A stretch of DNA of 64,000 nucleotides from Fistulifera solaris (taxonomy: Eukaryota), in contig AP026134.1 of assembly GCA_030295235.1 (NCBI GenBank), positions 310,001 through 374,000 on the forward strand. The letters are read 5' to 3'. Shown in pieces: positions 49,341 to 61,998 of this stretch. A program made the translations under genes and the position numbers. The notes beneath the pieces are model-generated. The model was not told the origin of the DNA. It searched no databases and worked only from the letters and a program-made list of their open reading frames with translations. The first letter of the stretch is position 1, and every line of letters starts with the position of its first letter.

Positions 49341-50454
49341 CTTCTATCGACATTTTATCATAACCAAGGAAACAACAAGCATTTCATTTTCAAAAAAAGT
49401 ATTAGGAATCTTGTGACTAATAAAAATCCTTCAGCAAAGCAGATCCTAAATACCTGGGACTCCTTTCTGCAGATAAATTTTCCCGTATCTGTTACGTGAA
49501 ACTTACGTCGACATTAGAAACGTTGCATCTTTCATATTTTACAGTATGAAGTGTAATTGATGTCGGTTATCGCTATTTGGTAGAAAGGTTCGGTGTTGAT
49601 GAAAGTGACGGAGAAATCAGGGTAAGGCAGACCTATATGAACATTGATAAAGGTCATACCACAACATCCGGGTATCCCCACTGTCGATACATTTCCCTAC
49701 GAGAGCTACGTGAAAATCTACGTCTGCATTCAAAGCATTGCATCTTTCATTTATATTTTACGTTTTGAATTCAATCGGATGTTGATTATTATTAACGTGT
49801 ACGAAATGTTTCTGTCGACAAGAGTGACGATGACATTTGGTGCAAGGCAGGCCCACAAATCGATGAGGTCGAACTTACTCAATACAAAGTACGGTACCAG
49901 TACCTTTTTCTCCGACTCAAAAGCGATTTCAGTCCCGGAACTTGTCATCTCGCCCTGTGCAATCTATTTCTGCTCACGGAAGTCGTTGCGTTGATGGAGG
50001 TCAAGCTGCCTTCCACTAATCCAGTCATCAAATACGAACCAACAATTAATGGTCAATAACACCATTCCCGTCCCATGCTAAACGTCTCCGCCTCATCGGG
50101 TGTCATGCGTCAGCCACAAGACCCGATCGCACGTCGGTCGTCGTGGGTCCCATTTGCAAATCCAGGAAAGACAAGAGAGAAGAAATTGACCATGAACGAA
50201 TCACGCCTTTCTCAACAATCAACGAAATGTCTCCTTCAAGCAATCGAGTTCGGCTGCTTTGTTTTGTCCAAGTAGTGAAGAAGGCGTGAGACAGAAGTGG
50301 CATGGAGTATCATTTTTATTATGATGAGAAAGAGAATTCAAAAAATGCAAGTCACTATTATTTTTTACTTCTGTTTTCAATGGGAAAAATGGACTCTCTC
50401 GGTGCTACATAAACTGATATCAAAACGAACGAAGCCTTCTCGCTCTCTCCGGAA

Positions 50455-53400
50455 TCAATACACAACATTGGCTCGAGCACGAGCGGCCAAGACTTCGAAC
50501 TGGGCCCGGCCGGTATTCATGCACAATTCATGGAAAATCGAATCGGTCTTCTCCAATAAGTTGTGCGGGGTATCAAATTCGGCTACCACACCGGCATTCA
50601 TCACCAAGATACGGTCGGAATCAATGATCGTATCCAAACGGTGGGCAATGGTGAAGATGGTGCGGTGCGAAAAGTGCTCTTGCAAGACCTGCTGCACCGC
50701 CGCGTTCGTATCGGAATCGAGAGCGGCCGTCGCTTCATCCAACAACAATACACGGGAAGGATTCAACATGGCACGCGCCAAGCAGATCAACTGCTGGGTA
50801 CCAAGCGAAAAGTTGGAGCCCATCATTTCGACGCGAGCATTCAGACCGTCCTTGTTTGCGCGAACGACGGGGCCCAACAAACACTTACCCAAAAACATCC
50901 CAGAGGGCGTCGTCAGTGTGCTGGTTGAAGGGGTCCAAGTTGTAACGGAGTGTACCAGAGAACATGACGGGTTCTTGGGGAATAATCGCCATGCTGCTAC
51001 GAAGCTTGTGCAAGTTGACCATGGAGCAATCGACGTTATCGACACGGATGCGACCTTCGGAGATCTCGGCCAAGCGGTACAAAGCTACAATCAACGAACT
51101 TTTGCCGGCACCTGTACGTCCGACGACACCGATCTTTTCACCTTCATTGATGGTAAAGTTGATTCCCTTGAGCGTCGGAGGCTGGCCGGGCAAGTAGGGC
51201 ATGACCACAGCTTCGAAGCAGATTTCTCCCTTGGACGGCCAGTTGGCCGGGGGCTGGACTTCGTGTTCGGGTTCTTGTTCGGCTTCCAAGTTGCAAATCT
51301 CACGGGCCATGTTCACGGACTTCATGTTATCGTGGAAGTCACCCATCAATCGAGACATGATACTAAAGAAGAGGAGAATCTGGAACGAGTTACTGACAAT
51401 CAACCCGGCAATAGGAGCATCCATCGAGGTATCAACTACGGCCAAAAGGCAACAACCCAACACCAACAAAGCACCGATCAAGTCAACACGGAAGGCCAAC
51501 CACAAGGACAAGTTGGCAATCGAAAAGGTAGCGACGGCCGACTTGGCTTGCAATCCAACGTTCTCGTTCACGAAGCGTTCTTCCATACGGAAGGCACGGA
51601 CCACGGCCAATCCGCTCAAAGTCTCGGCGGTGTGAGCGACGACGTGACTGCCCGACTCTTCCGCGGCGCGCATGAGGGGCACGGAAGCTTGAATGTAGTT
51701 GTAGACAGTGTAGATGTACACAACGGCCAAACCGGCGACAATGACCAAGAAAAAGATCAAGTTGTAAGCGACGACACCGCAGGCCATGATGAAGATCCAA
51801 AACATGATCTGAAACATGAGCACGTTGTCAACCAACTGATCGTCAATGATCTCGACATCCTTAGAGAAGAACGCCAACAATTTACCGACAGGTGTGACAT
51901 GGAAGAAATGCATGGGGGCCTTTAGGGCGGCAGCAAAAGCCGCGTCGTGAATGTTCATGGCACCTACTTTGCCCGTGCGGAAGTAGAAGAAGGCACGCAA
52001 GAAGGACATGCACAAGAAGACAAAAACCAACAAGCCGTAGAGACCGGCATAGAAAGAATCGGCAGTGCGCTCCGGCTCGTACTTGCGCTTGGTCCAGACC
52101 GAAACCCAGTTGTCGCTGTACACACGGAAGATTTGGCCGACAACGAAGATCAAAGTGGCGGTGGTGAACAAGCAGACTCCAATCTTCTGGATGTACCACA
52201 AGTAAATGCTTCCCTCTTGGGCATGGTCGTTCACCTTGGTAACCAGCTTCTTGGTGGAAGGGGTCGGAGTCATGGGAGCATGAGGCTTGAGAGGGACCAA
52301 GGCATCGTGTGTCACCTTGACGGAATGATCAGGGTGTTCCAAAATGTCTTGTGAACCGGTGTGCGGATCCGTCGGCTTGGGGTGCTTGACGGTTTGGGAA
52401 GAACCGGGTGCGGTGCTTTCGGCAACTTCATCGCCGCAAAAGTTGGGGAACAAGTGCTTGATGCCCTTGAAGGAGTACTTGGCATTGTAAGCGACCTTGT
52501 TCTCTTTCATCACGACCAAGTGATCCGACATGGCGAACAACTCCGTTTGATGCGTTGCTAAGACGACCGTTCCACCACCAGCAATCATCATGTCCTTGAT
52601 GCAGAGCTTGAAAATGTGTTGACACGTGTACATGTCGACGGCAGACAAGGGCGAGTCCAAAACGTAGAGCTTGGCGCGACTGTAGGCAGCACGAGCAAGG
52701 GCGATACGTTGCTTCTGTCCACCGGAAAGGTTGCCTCCGCGTTCTCCGATCCAAGTCTGGTCCCCAAGGGGCATCATCTTCAAATCCGGTTCCAAGGCAC
52801 AGGCAAAAATGACCTTGCGGTAGAAGGCTTCTTCAAAGGGCAGACCGAAGACAATGTTGTCTCGCACGGTTCCCAAAGCTGTCCAAGGGGTCTGAGGAAC
52901 GTATGCCTTGGATGCCGGAGAAAGACACTGGCCGCTACGGATGGTCATGTCACCGAGGATCGCTTTCAACAAGTTCGACTTTCCAGAGGCGACTGGTCCA
53001 GCAACCATTACAAGGGAGCCTTGTGGAATGGTCATGTTGACATCGTTCAACAAGATAGCACCGTTCATTCCGTACGACATGCAAGCATTTCGGAAGGTGA
53101 TGCCTTGGTAATTGTAGGACGTATCGCTCTTTTTCTCTGCAATACTCAGTTCGGGCTCGAGCAAAAGGCTTGAATACGCTCCATGCTAGATATGGCATCG
53201 AGTACATCACGAAGACTCTTGGGCAATTTGGAGAAGGGCACACGGAGCGTGTTGAAGAAGGACATGGCGGTAAAGACAACGACCGATTCTATGTCACCCA
53301 TCGCCTCCTTGGTACCAAAGATGACAACACACAACATGGGAGGCAAACTGAAAATCAATCCAAGGATGGTCGACTTGTAGTTGTTGATTCCGTCAGCCAA

Positions 53401-54315
53401 GCGACTCTCCTGCGCGCGAATGTCGTTGAGGTTCTTGAAGAAGGAGGCTTCCCAACCGTAGATCTTGATGAGCTTGATGCTGCGCATGATTTCCTCCATG
53501 AGAGAGATGCGCTCGTCCGAGACCGCAGCGAGATCTTTCTTACGATAGGCTACAACCATACCCATGTAGTACTGGAGCGGCATGAAGATAGCCATCATAG
53601 CGACACCGGGAAGGATCGTGGCACCCAACAGAATCAGCGTCACCGCAAAGGCGGCGAGCGTTTCGAAGATACCGGACCACAAGTACTGAAGACTCAAGCA
53701 TGCTTCGGCGAGCTTCTCCACATCCTTGGCGACGAGAGCGACGATATCGGCCTTGGATCCGTATGGATCACGAACAATCATCTTCTTGTAGATCTCGGTA
53801 GTGAGTGCAGTCTTAACCTTGGAGCCCAAAATCGACGAGTAGATGCCCATCTGTTGGATTCCAATTGACAACACGAACATGGTAGCAAAGAAACCAGCAC
53901 AGAGGTAGAACTCGTAGTTCTCGCCCTTGTTGATTGGAGTTCCCTTATCACGTTTGTTGATGAAGTCAAGGATATCGAAGACAAAGTAGTAGATCGACCA
54001 GATGACGAGGACCGACCACGTGAGCTTGGCGATGAAAGCCTTGAAGAAATCGACGCGGAAGGACTTCCAGAGGCAGCGCAATAGCATCTTGTAAGGTTTC
54101 TCGTTCGGGTCCACCTTCTTCTTCTCATGTTCCCAGTTGGAGATGAAGGACTTGTGCGCATCCGGCACGCTGATGAAGTTCTCGAAGTCCTTACAGAACT
54201 TCTCGACCTTGTCATCCTTGCGGGACGACGGAAGACAGGGCTTGCACAAGGCGGCCTCCTGGTTCACCACCTCGGAGACGCGTCCTCCCGTAATCGGAGC
54301 GAAAGGACCAGGCAT
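50455..54315 (-). CDS. ABCC/MRP-type full ABC transporter (TMD-NBD-TMD-NBD, no TMD0), apparently intronless
   Basis: NBD1 GPVASGKS, LSGGQKQR and LDSPLSAVD; NBD2 GRTGAGKSS, FSLGTQQL and LDEATAALD. Frameshifts near 53160 and 50890. Confidence 0.93.
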
Positions 54316-54458
54316 GATTACAGCTTTGTAACCAACATTTGCGATAGACGACGATGTTAATCAGAATGCTCGAGTGTTCGACTGTTCGACTCGAGAGATT
54401 TGTGAGAAGACGAATTGTTGATGGTGATAGATGTTGTTTGCGGGTGTTGGCAGTTTTC

Positions 54459-54747
54459 ACGTAGACGTGCGTAGCCTGGTACGTAGAGCCCACGTCAGCA
54501 TACGTGGCAGAGTTCACTTCAACATGACGTTTTGCAGAAACAAAGGTTCATTTTCTGGTTCTGCGTGATATCGTTGTACAGTTTCACTATACTTCATTTA
54601 TCACTGACGTGGTAATCTTGTTTGGAACGATTCATTCTGTTCCTCGGAGTACCGGTACGGTTACCAGTCAAGTAAGGCTTACTCCGACGACCTCCGAAAT
54701 GATGTCAAAATAAATTTGAACTTACTCAGAAAATTCGACCATGACGT
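54459..54747. promoter_or_regulatory. Cluster of CRE/CCRE-like bZIP motifs upstream of the ABCC gene
   Basis: ACGTCA 54492-54497; TGACGT 54525-54530, 54605-54610 and 54742-54747; further ACGT cores at 54459, 54465, 54481 and 54502. Confidence 0.55.
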
Positions 54748-55394
54748 TCTATCGTCGCATCACCCCTTGTTTCCATCGATTGCAGGCTACAAAAGGTTCT
54801 ATTTCATGTTCAGACGAGGGTCGCGATGCGTAGGGCAGGATCACAACCACTGAAGAGTCTGACGAGCACAACATGAAGTGCAAGACGCGACATTGGTTCG
54901 GTTTGTCAATCGCGAATTGAATGGTGGATACAGTCTAGCTTTTTGCTTGTTTCAAAAATCAGATCGTGCAGTTGGAATCCGCTTTGTGGGGTCGATGGCG
55001 AACGATCGATTGTCAAGCGCAACAGAAAGGAATCGACCAATAAAATCATGATCTATCAAGTGGAGGCAATCAAAGCAACCGCACAACACGCTAAGTTTGG
55101 GCTCCAGTTACCAGCGCAGTGAGTGCTTTCGTAAAGGAGGGACTGTCGTTTTAAGAGAAAACTCAGAATGAATGCTAAGCTTTTCGAGAGGCATCGGATC
55201 GATAAGAAGAATCGTTAAAGTAAACTACTAAGGGACTGTAAGATTGGTACGTCATAATTTGAAAACGTATAACGTATACTCAGTATTATGTGGACTTTCG
55301 TTTCAAACATCTTCTTCCATTGTTTCCGATACTATCATCACAATAGGATGACTGCGCACATTAAGAGGACAAACGACAAACGGTGAAGGTGAGG

Positions 55395-58319
55395 TTAAAG
55401 CGACTCCAATTCAAATGTTCGCGATGCACTGGTTCTTACGGATTTTGATTTCTTTGACTGATTGGTGTCGCCTGTGTCGCTTGGGGTGGCCCCTCGCACT
55501 GCGCTGCTCTCCGTTGAAGGCGGAACAGGAGCCATATCGGTAGTGCTAGTACTGACGGGAACCGAGCCAGAAGACGGCCCAGCGAGCGTGGAGAGGGGCA
55601 CCGCGATTGGTGACGGCATGGTCACACCCGTTCGCTTGCCACTGATAGGACCCAAAACAGGTGGACTGACAGGCGTCGGTACTGAAACAGGTGAACTGAC
55701 AGGCGTCGGTACGGATACAGGCGAGCCCGAGGGAGGCTATGAAAGTAGTTGATGAGTCGAAGAAACGCTTCAGTTTGAAAAGAAATATGATAACAACACT
55801 TACCACTTCAGTGGTTCGATCAAAATCAATGCATTGGGCTTCGCTGGCGCTGCTCGCTGAAGCAGCAATGAACTGGCAAGGAAGACCATCATCTGCAGTC
55901 CCAAAATTGTTGGCAGCGCTCACAGACCCTCCATCTAAGACGACAACGGTTCCTACTCCTGTGAAATCATTGCCCACGAAGTTTGTGTTTGAGACTTCAA
56001 CACTACTTCCTTCAACAGCCAAGATTGCGTATCCAAACCCCTCCGCACTGTACGTGTTGTCTTCGAAGCGGGAATTCTGCACAATGATGTCGTTGTAGCC
56101 GGATGAGGTCGTGACGACGCCGCGCGACTTATCAGTCACAGGTAATCCTTGAGCGTTATTTCGGAATGTCGTTTCGACAAGACGTACTTGCTGGCGCGGC
56201 AAGGAGGGATCAATCACAGGAGTTGGGACCGCGGGGGTGGGTAGAACAACAGGCGAAGAGATAGGGGTGGGTAACGCCGGGGTAGGGATCGTGATAGGGC
56301 TCGCAACGGGGGTGGGGAGTGCCGGCGTAGGTAACGCCGGGGTAGGGAGCGCAGGAGTAGGCAATGCCGGGGTAGGGAGCGCTGGGGTGGGCAAAGCTGG
56401 GGTAGGCAAAGCTGGGGTGGGAAGCGCCGGGGTCGGAATAGCAACAGGGCTCGCGATGGGGGTTGGAAGCGCTGGGGTTGGTAATGCAGGAGTCGGAATA
56501 GCGACAGGGCTCGCAATGGGCGTTGGTAGTGCAGGTGTGGGTAAAGCAGGAGTGGGCACCGGAGCCGCCACTGGCACAGGTCCAGCAATAGGTGGCGCAA
56601 CCGGAGTAGCCACAGGTGCAGCGACACAAACGTCATCACAAACATTGTTGAAGATACTGTCAAAACCTACCGAAGTACAGGAGCAATCACCAACCATATC
56701 TCCACAAGCATCGTTGCATCCTTTGACGCGACAATCCGTGAACGTATCGCAGTTGTTTCCACTGCACACAGACGTAACCGTGTAAGTGAAATCCCTACCG
56801 GTTCCACAGTACCCAGGGCAAAAGATCTCATCCATGAAAACCGCATCCGTATGCTGGAAGGAATAGGAACAGCCCGGAGGAGTCACGGAAGGTGGGATGG
56901 AATGGTTTTCGTTAACAAAGTCTTCCTGTAGACCGCGACCATGCGGGTTTTCACGAATCTTTTGTTGACGAACGCTTTCCATGACCGTGCCCATGTTGTT
57001 CATTACTACCTGAACGCTGTTCGTCGCTTGTATTTTGCGTACACGACGAGTTGTGGGGGCTGCTACGGGGGAAAGGGGTGGCTCTGTCGAGGTAACCGTG
57101 GGATCCCACGAAAGCAACATTGGACCAATGTTGGTGTGATCCTGGTCATTCGAACGAAAAATGCAGCAAAGTGAGCTCGATGAAAGACACATCTTTATCA
57201 AAAATGTCCGATCCAGCGAATGAACTTTGACCTTACCTCAAAGATGCAATCCTGGAAGGTAATGTCACCCGAGTTATCCAGAACGGCGCCCGCTTGTTGG
57301 GCCATCGCAAAGGTGAATCCTTGAAACCGAGCATTGGTAGCCGGCTGCTGATACAAACTAAACGCCGATATCACTTGCGTTTCACCACCAGTGAGCACAC
57401 AATTGTTACTGACATCTCCATTGGCACCACAGATATAGTGCGTGTTGGTGCGTGCCGTCAAAGGAGCCATGCCGCCCACTAAAGAAGTGCTTCCCGCAAT
57501 GTTGGTAAGAGTTCCAATGTTGTAGACGCGGTTGCTGCAGAGCGAATACGTCGTGACGACTGCCGGATTAGCATTCACAACATCTTGCAGTAACAGCGTG
57601 GTGTCGCTGTAGCAATTGGGAACGTCAATTGTGGGCGTCACCACCGTCGGGACGGAAGGCACGGCGACAGGAGTCGTAATGGGAGTCGAAGGCACCAGCA
57701 CAGGCGTGGTTACGGGCACTGATACGGGGCCCGCCAGAGGAGTCGGCAATGCCACTGGTGCAGTAACGGGGGTCATCACCGGAGCAGGGACAGGGACCGT
57801 CACGGGAGCGGGAACCGGAACCACAACAGGAGCGGGCGCGACGGGAGCCGGACCATCACACAAAATTTCGCAAGCTTCATCGAGAGCGGTGTTAAAGTCA
57901 ATGATTTCCAAGGGCGGACATTCAAGCAACCCGGATGTACATCCAGTAACACCACATTGAATCACCGAACTGCAAACGGCGGTAGCGTCGGTGTACGGTT
58001 TATCGCATTGCGTCGCAATTCGCAGCGTAAAGTCGCGGCCGGTTCCGCACCGACCCGGGCACACCATTTGATCAATCGGATTCGTGGATGTGGGAGTATG
58101 ATTCAAGTCATCGTAATCGCATTCGCTAGGAACAATAAAAGAAGGTAAAGTGTGACCTAATCGACGAGCTTTGTACGAAGCGGTCATCGTTTCTTTGAAC
58201 TCCTCAAAAGCGTTCAGGCGATTCTCCCCCTTGCTGTATTCGGAAAAGGATTGCGTGAATTGTGCCGCATCTGCCGCCGCTCCTAGCCAAAGGCTCAAGT
58301 ATGCGGCCTTCATCTTCAT
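55395..58319 (-). CDS. Secreted mosaic protein: two Cys-rich CPGxCGTGRDFT domains, Pro/Thr linkers and a beta-helix-like domain (candidate cell-wall/extracellular glycoprotein)
   Basis: Signal peptide MKMKAAYLSLWLGAAADA. In-frame introns 57142-57236 and 55738-55803 join ORFs 57198-58319, 55546-57201 and 55395-55655 into one gene. Confidence 0.78.
56225..56560 (-). repeat. Coding tandem repeat, 15-bp unit encoding PTPAL (about 13 copies, 8 contiguous)
   Basis: Direct read of units such as CCTACCCCGGCGTTA and CCCACCCCAGCTTTG. Confidence 0.9.
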
Positions 58320-59104
58320 AGTTGCTTGTTTGGTGGGTACTTGTAGATAGCACCCGACAACTCTTCGTGTCTAATAATGCCTTCTCGGTTGTGTTTGGAT
58401 TTCGAGGCGATACGAAGGACCTCCGCAACTCCGTTCGATGGAGGACGTAAGTCTAGAATAAGTGCACCCAAGCTGTTTCTTGCCTAGACACACTAGTAAT
58501 TAAGCGCCCGATAGTTCACTTCAGTACTATACTCAGCTTCTGCTTTCCTAAATAAGCGACTTGCAACGGAAATCAATCGGGACAAAAATACGCCAAATTT
58601 TCATTCCGCTTTGGATTTGATACGAGAGAAACAATTCCCGCCTTTCCATTATCGATCCAAGAAAGTACTTCCATGACGTCTGTCACGACATAATATTCAA
58701 TGGAATGTACTAAGACTTGTTAAGTAATTTCCCGACTTAAAGGTAACGGAAAGGCCTGGCGCACCATCCTTGACCGTTTCCATTATTCAAACTTTCACGA
58801 ACAAAAATGACCCTCCCTCCGATGAATTCAGGGCTGCCGCCGAAAAGCCCTTGGATCCATCGGTGATGTGATCGGTGATGTATCTTGATAAGAAGAAATA
58901 GTTTTAAATCACTCTTCGATAATATCGATGATGTTTCGGAGGAATGCGATAATGATTGCTACACGATTGGATGACACTGCCAACATCACGAAACATAAAT
59001 CACCAACGATCGGGGTTCCCGATCGGGTCCTCGACGCTTTCAATGTACTTTTTATAGTAATTGGCTATCCTTTCAGGCTAATACTTCACCGGATTTAACT
59101 GTTA

Positions 59105-61998
59105 TTATACGATAGGTGCCGATAGTTTCGGACGCGTGACCCACTGCGCCAATTGTTCGTACGCCATCAAGGAGATGCCAAATTGCGGAGCGAGACGAAG
59201 AACACGTGCCGTGCCTCCACGAAAGAACGATCGCCATCCCTCTTGGTGATACATTTTTGTGACGCAGTCTCGTATGCCGCTGTAATAGTAGAGCACTTCA
59301 CCGTCCGGACGAGTAGATTGCAAGCGAGTCTTAATGACATCGGCTGGAATCGTGAGGGCGGCGGCCGGGATCCCGGCGCACGTACCCGCTAACCAGATAT
59401 TGACATTAGTTGGTTGATTAATTTCGGCATCTAGAAAGTGACGGATTGCGGAATACGTAGGAAAGTAAATGGCACTGAACGGTACATCGCGCAATAAGCA
59501 TGCGGTAGCACCGCGAAAGACTCCCGGTAGACCCATTTGCCGCACGATCGATCGGAGTGAAGCTGGTTCGATTGGCGGAACACCACGTTTCTCCAAAAAG
59601 CGATTAGTTTCCCCTTCTAATTGCATATGAATTTTCGTTACTTCCATTGGATTGGTCACGAGCAACTGACAGGCACCGGCGCATGCACCCGCTACCACTT
59701 CGACCCATAAACTAGGTTTCGTGGAGATGCCATTTGCTTCATGACTTTCCCTGTGCGGATCCAGAACTTGCTTGATCAAATCATTCACCTGAATTTTAAT
59801 CAGTTTTTCAGGACCTATTCCGATGAGCTGTGGAGTGAGTCCACGGTAGAGACCAAGAGCTGATTCATGCTGCACGACACTGCGTAAGCAGTGCATCCAG
59901 CTCGATACGATGCTTGTCCTCCTTTAGGCACTGCTTCATTCATCATTCGTGTCTTAGCAAGATCCAGCGGATAAAGGAACAGAGCCCCCATGGAGCTTGC
60001 TACTGCTGTCAGCCAAAAATGCTGTACAAAGTCTTCCATCTTCGCCCTAAAGCTCTCTTCCGTTTCTTTCTCCATACTGACTCGATCATCAAGATGAGCC
60101 GCAGACGAGGCGAAGGTGAGCTTCCCGTCTCGACCAGGTAGCGCTTCCAAGCGTCGCACAAAATCCATTCCACAAACTTCAATAGCATCTTGCGAAGAGA
60201 TGTAACCATCATTATTACGATCAAACAGCGCAAAATGATTTCAACCTGCCTCCGACTGAGCCGTCCACCCATTCCTAGTGCCCGATTCGCTACTTTGAAA
60301 TCATCCGGAGATATGGCACCCTTTTTAATCTCTTCTGCTTGGTCAATTAAATTGCAAATACCCGATAGATTTCCAAGTATTTCTTGAAAGGCGAGAAAGT
60401 CGCCGTATGCAAAGTAGCGCACGCCTGTAATCGTACCAGCGTCGATGTATTGCTCTGAACTACTAGCATTCGTTGAAGGGTTGACTGCACTTTCGGGATT
60501 GATGCTTTTCTCCGCTTTTCTATATATTTCATCCAGTCGGTCTGCGATGCCTTGGGGTAATCGCCATCCACAAGCAGTCGTCAACACCTTGATAAACTCG
60601 TCTGGATCCAAATGATCTTCCACAGAACCTCGCTTCTTCGTATCGATAGCGCGAAGAAACGCTTGCTTTCCGATTTCTCGCTGGAGGTCCATCAAAAACT
60701 GCGAAAAGTGAACCTGACGGATGGATTGCTTCCCGTCTTTACCAAAATATCGTTGAAAGAACTGCGAACTAAGGTCCAGATCAGGGAAAAGAGGCTTGAC
60801 AAAAGAAACAAGATCAGAAAGCATGATCTGACCCTTCTGTCGTTGATCCATCAACAAAAAAGCTACATCTACTTCCGGGTCGGGTCGATCCATGAGCATG
60901 TGGTAAAAGCAAAAATCCTCCAAGTAGACGCGCGGTAGTTCTTCGTAGTCTTTCTTTTGCCTTCTCCTTAAAAAGACGATGTAATGAATTTACAGTTCGT
61001 AAACTGGACATAGGATCCTCGTTTAAGGTACTGGTCGAGTTCCATTTGCGTCGAGATTCCACGAACTCTTCCATGGTCATGTAAAGAACACCATTCTCAT
61101 CAGATCTGGTGGCGCATTCCACGAACCAGCGACTCATCACTTCACTCGGGAGAACATATTCCCAAAAGGCCGTAAAATCGACCACCCAGCACTGCAAATT
61201 CGATCCAGTCTCTGCTTGCGTGGATGCTACGACCGACGCGGAATGCTGTCGCCCGAACAAGAAACCGCCTTCACCAAACAAAGTACCGGGGCCCAGCGAC
61301 GCCGGACGAAAATTTTGTGGCTGATACCACACATCGGCTTTACCGTCGCGCACTACGTACAAAGAGCGTTTGATTCCACTCCGTGGAGACACGGGAGGAT
61401 CTTCCAAAAAATCCGCCGATAAGAAAGTTGTCGCAGCCTCCCGCGCGCGAAGGAAAGGGTTCTTCCACGAACTATCCATGCCACCAAATACAGTCGACAT
61501 TGAATAATCGGATGGCCTTTTTTCATTCTCATCGGGTGACTCGGCCTCGTCATTGTTCGCTATCCGATTTTCCGTCACATCTTTCGTTCTGCTCTCCTCG
61601 ACAGGGGCATTACTACGTTCAAACGACTTGGCATAAATTTCTTCCTCTTCCACATCCGCAGGATCTATTTCAGAGAAGATTTTGGTGGAAGTCCGTTGCG
61701 GTTTTCGATGCAAATCATGTGAACCGTTGTCAGCACGATCTTGTAGGTCGTCATCATCCACACAACCTTCTAAAATAACAATATCTCCCGGATGAAACTC
61801 TTTCAATTCGGCGACCGAGATGAAACGCTCTATTTGACTTTCATCTAAGCAAGCGAAGAAGGGAGACTTTTGAATAGCGAGACGAATCAGCTCTCGATCT
61901 TGTTGATTTTTGAAATGAGAAGGAAAGTAACGCGTTCGCTTGCGCGTCTTGGGCTTCGGTTGCATTTCTCTTTGGGGACTGTTGTTTGCGTCCGTCAT
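59105..61998 (-). CDS. Aralar/citrin-like (SLC25A12/13) mitochondrial carrier with EF-hand region and an extra N-terminal cyclic-nucleotide-binding domain
   Basis: Three carrier signatures (YPLDLAKTRM, NPMEVTKIHM, IPADVIKTRL), GLYRGLTPQLIGIGPEK and LLRDVPFSAIYFPTY; EF-like segments; cNMP motifs SPFFACL, GDIVILEG, LYVVRDG and LGPGTLFGEGG. Frameshifts near 60925, 60230 and 59900. Confidence 0.85.

Noticed and set aside
49577..50303. Small ORFs between UBR1 and ABCC
   Set aside because: AT-rich, no motifs, no consistent exon chain.
50297..53868. Long plus-strand ORFs (542, 185 and 232 aa)
   Set aside because: Antisense shadows of the codon-biased ABCC gene; no independent motifs.
56225..56560. 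Regular repeat considered as CRISPR-like
   Set aside because: No unique spacers; codon-periodic variation; eukaryotic coding context.
56237..57960. Plus-strand Gly-rich repeat ORFs (GVGSA, GTGA)
   Set aside because: Reverse complement of the Pro/Thr repeats of the minus-strand gene, which has a signal peptide and splice sites.
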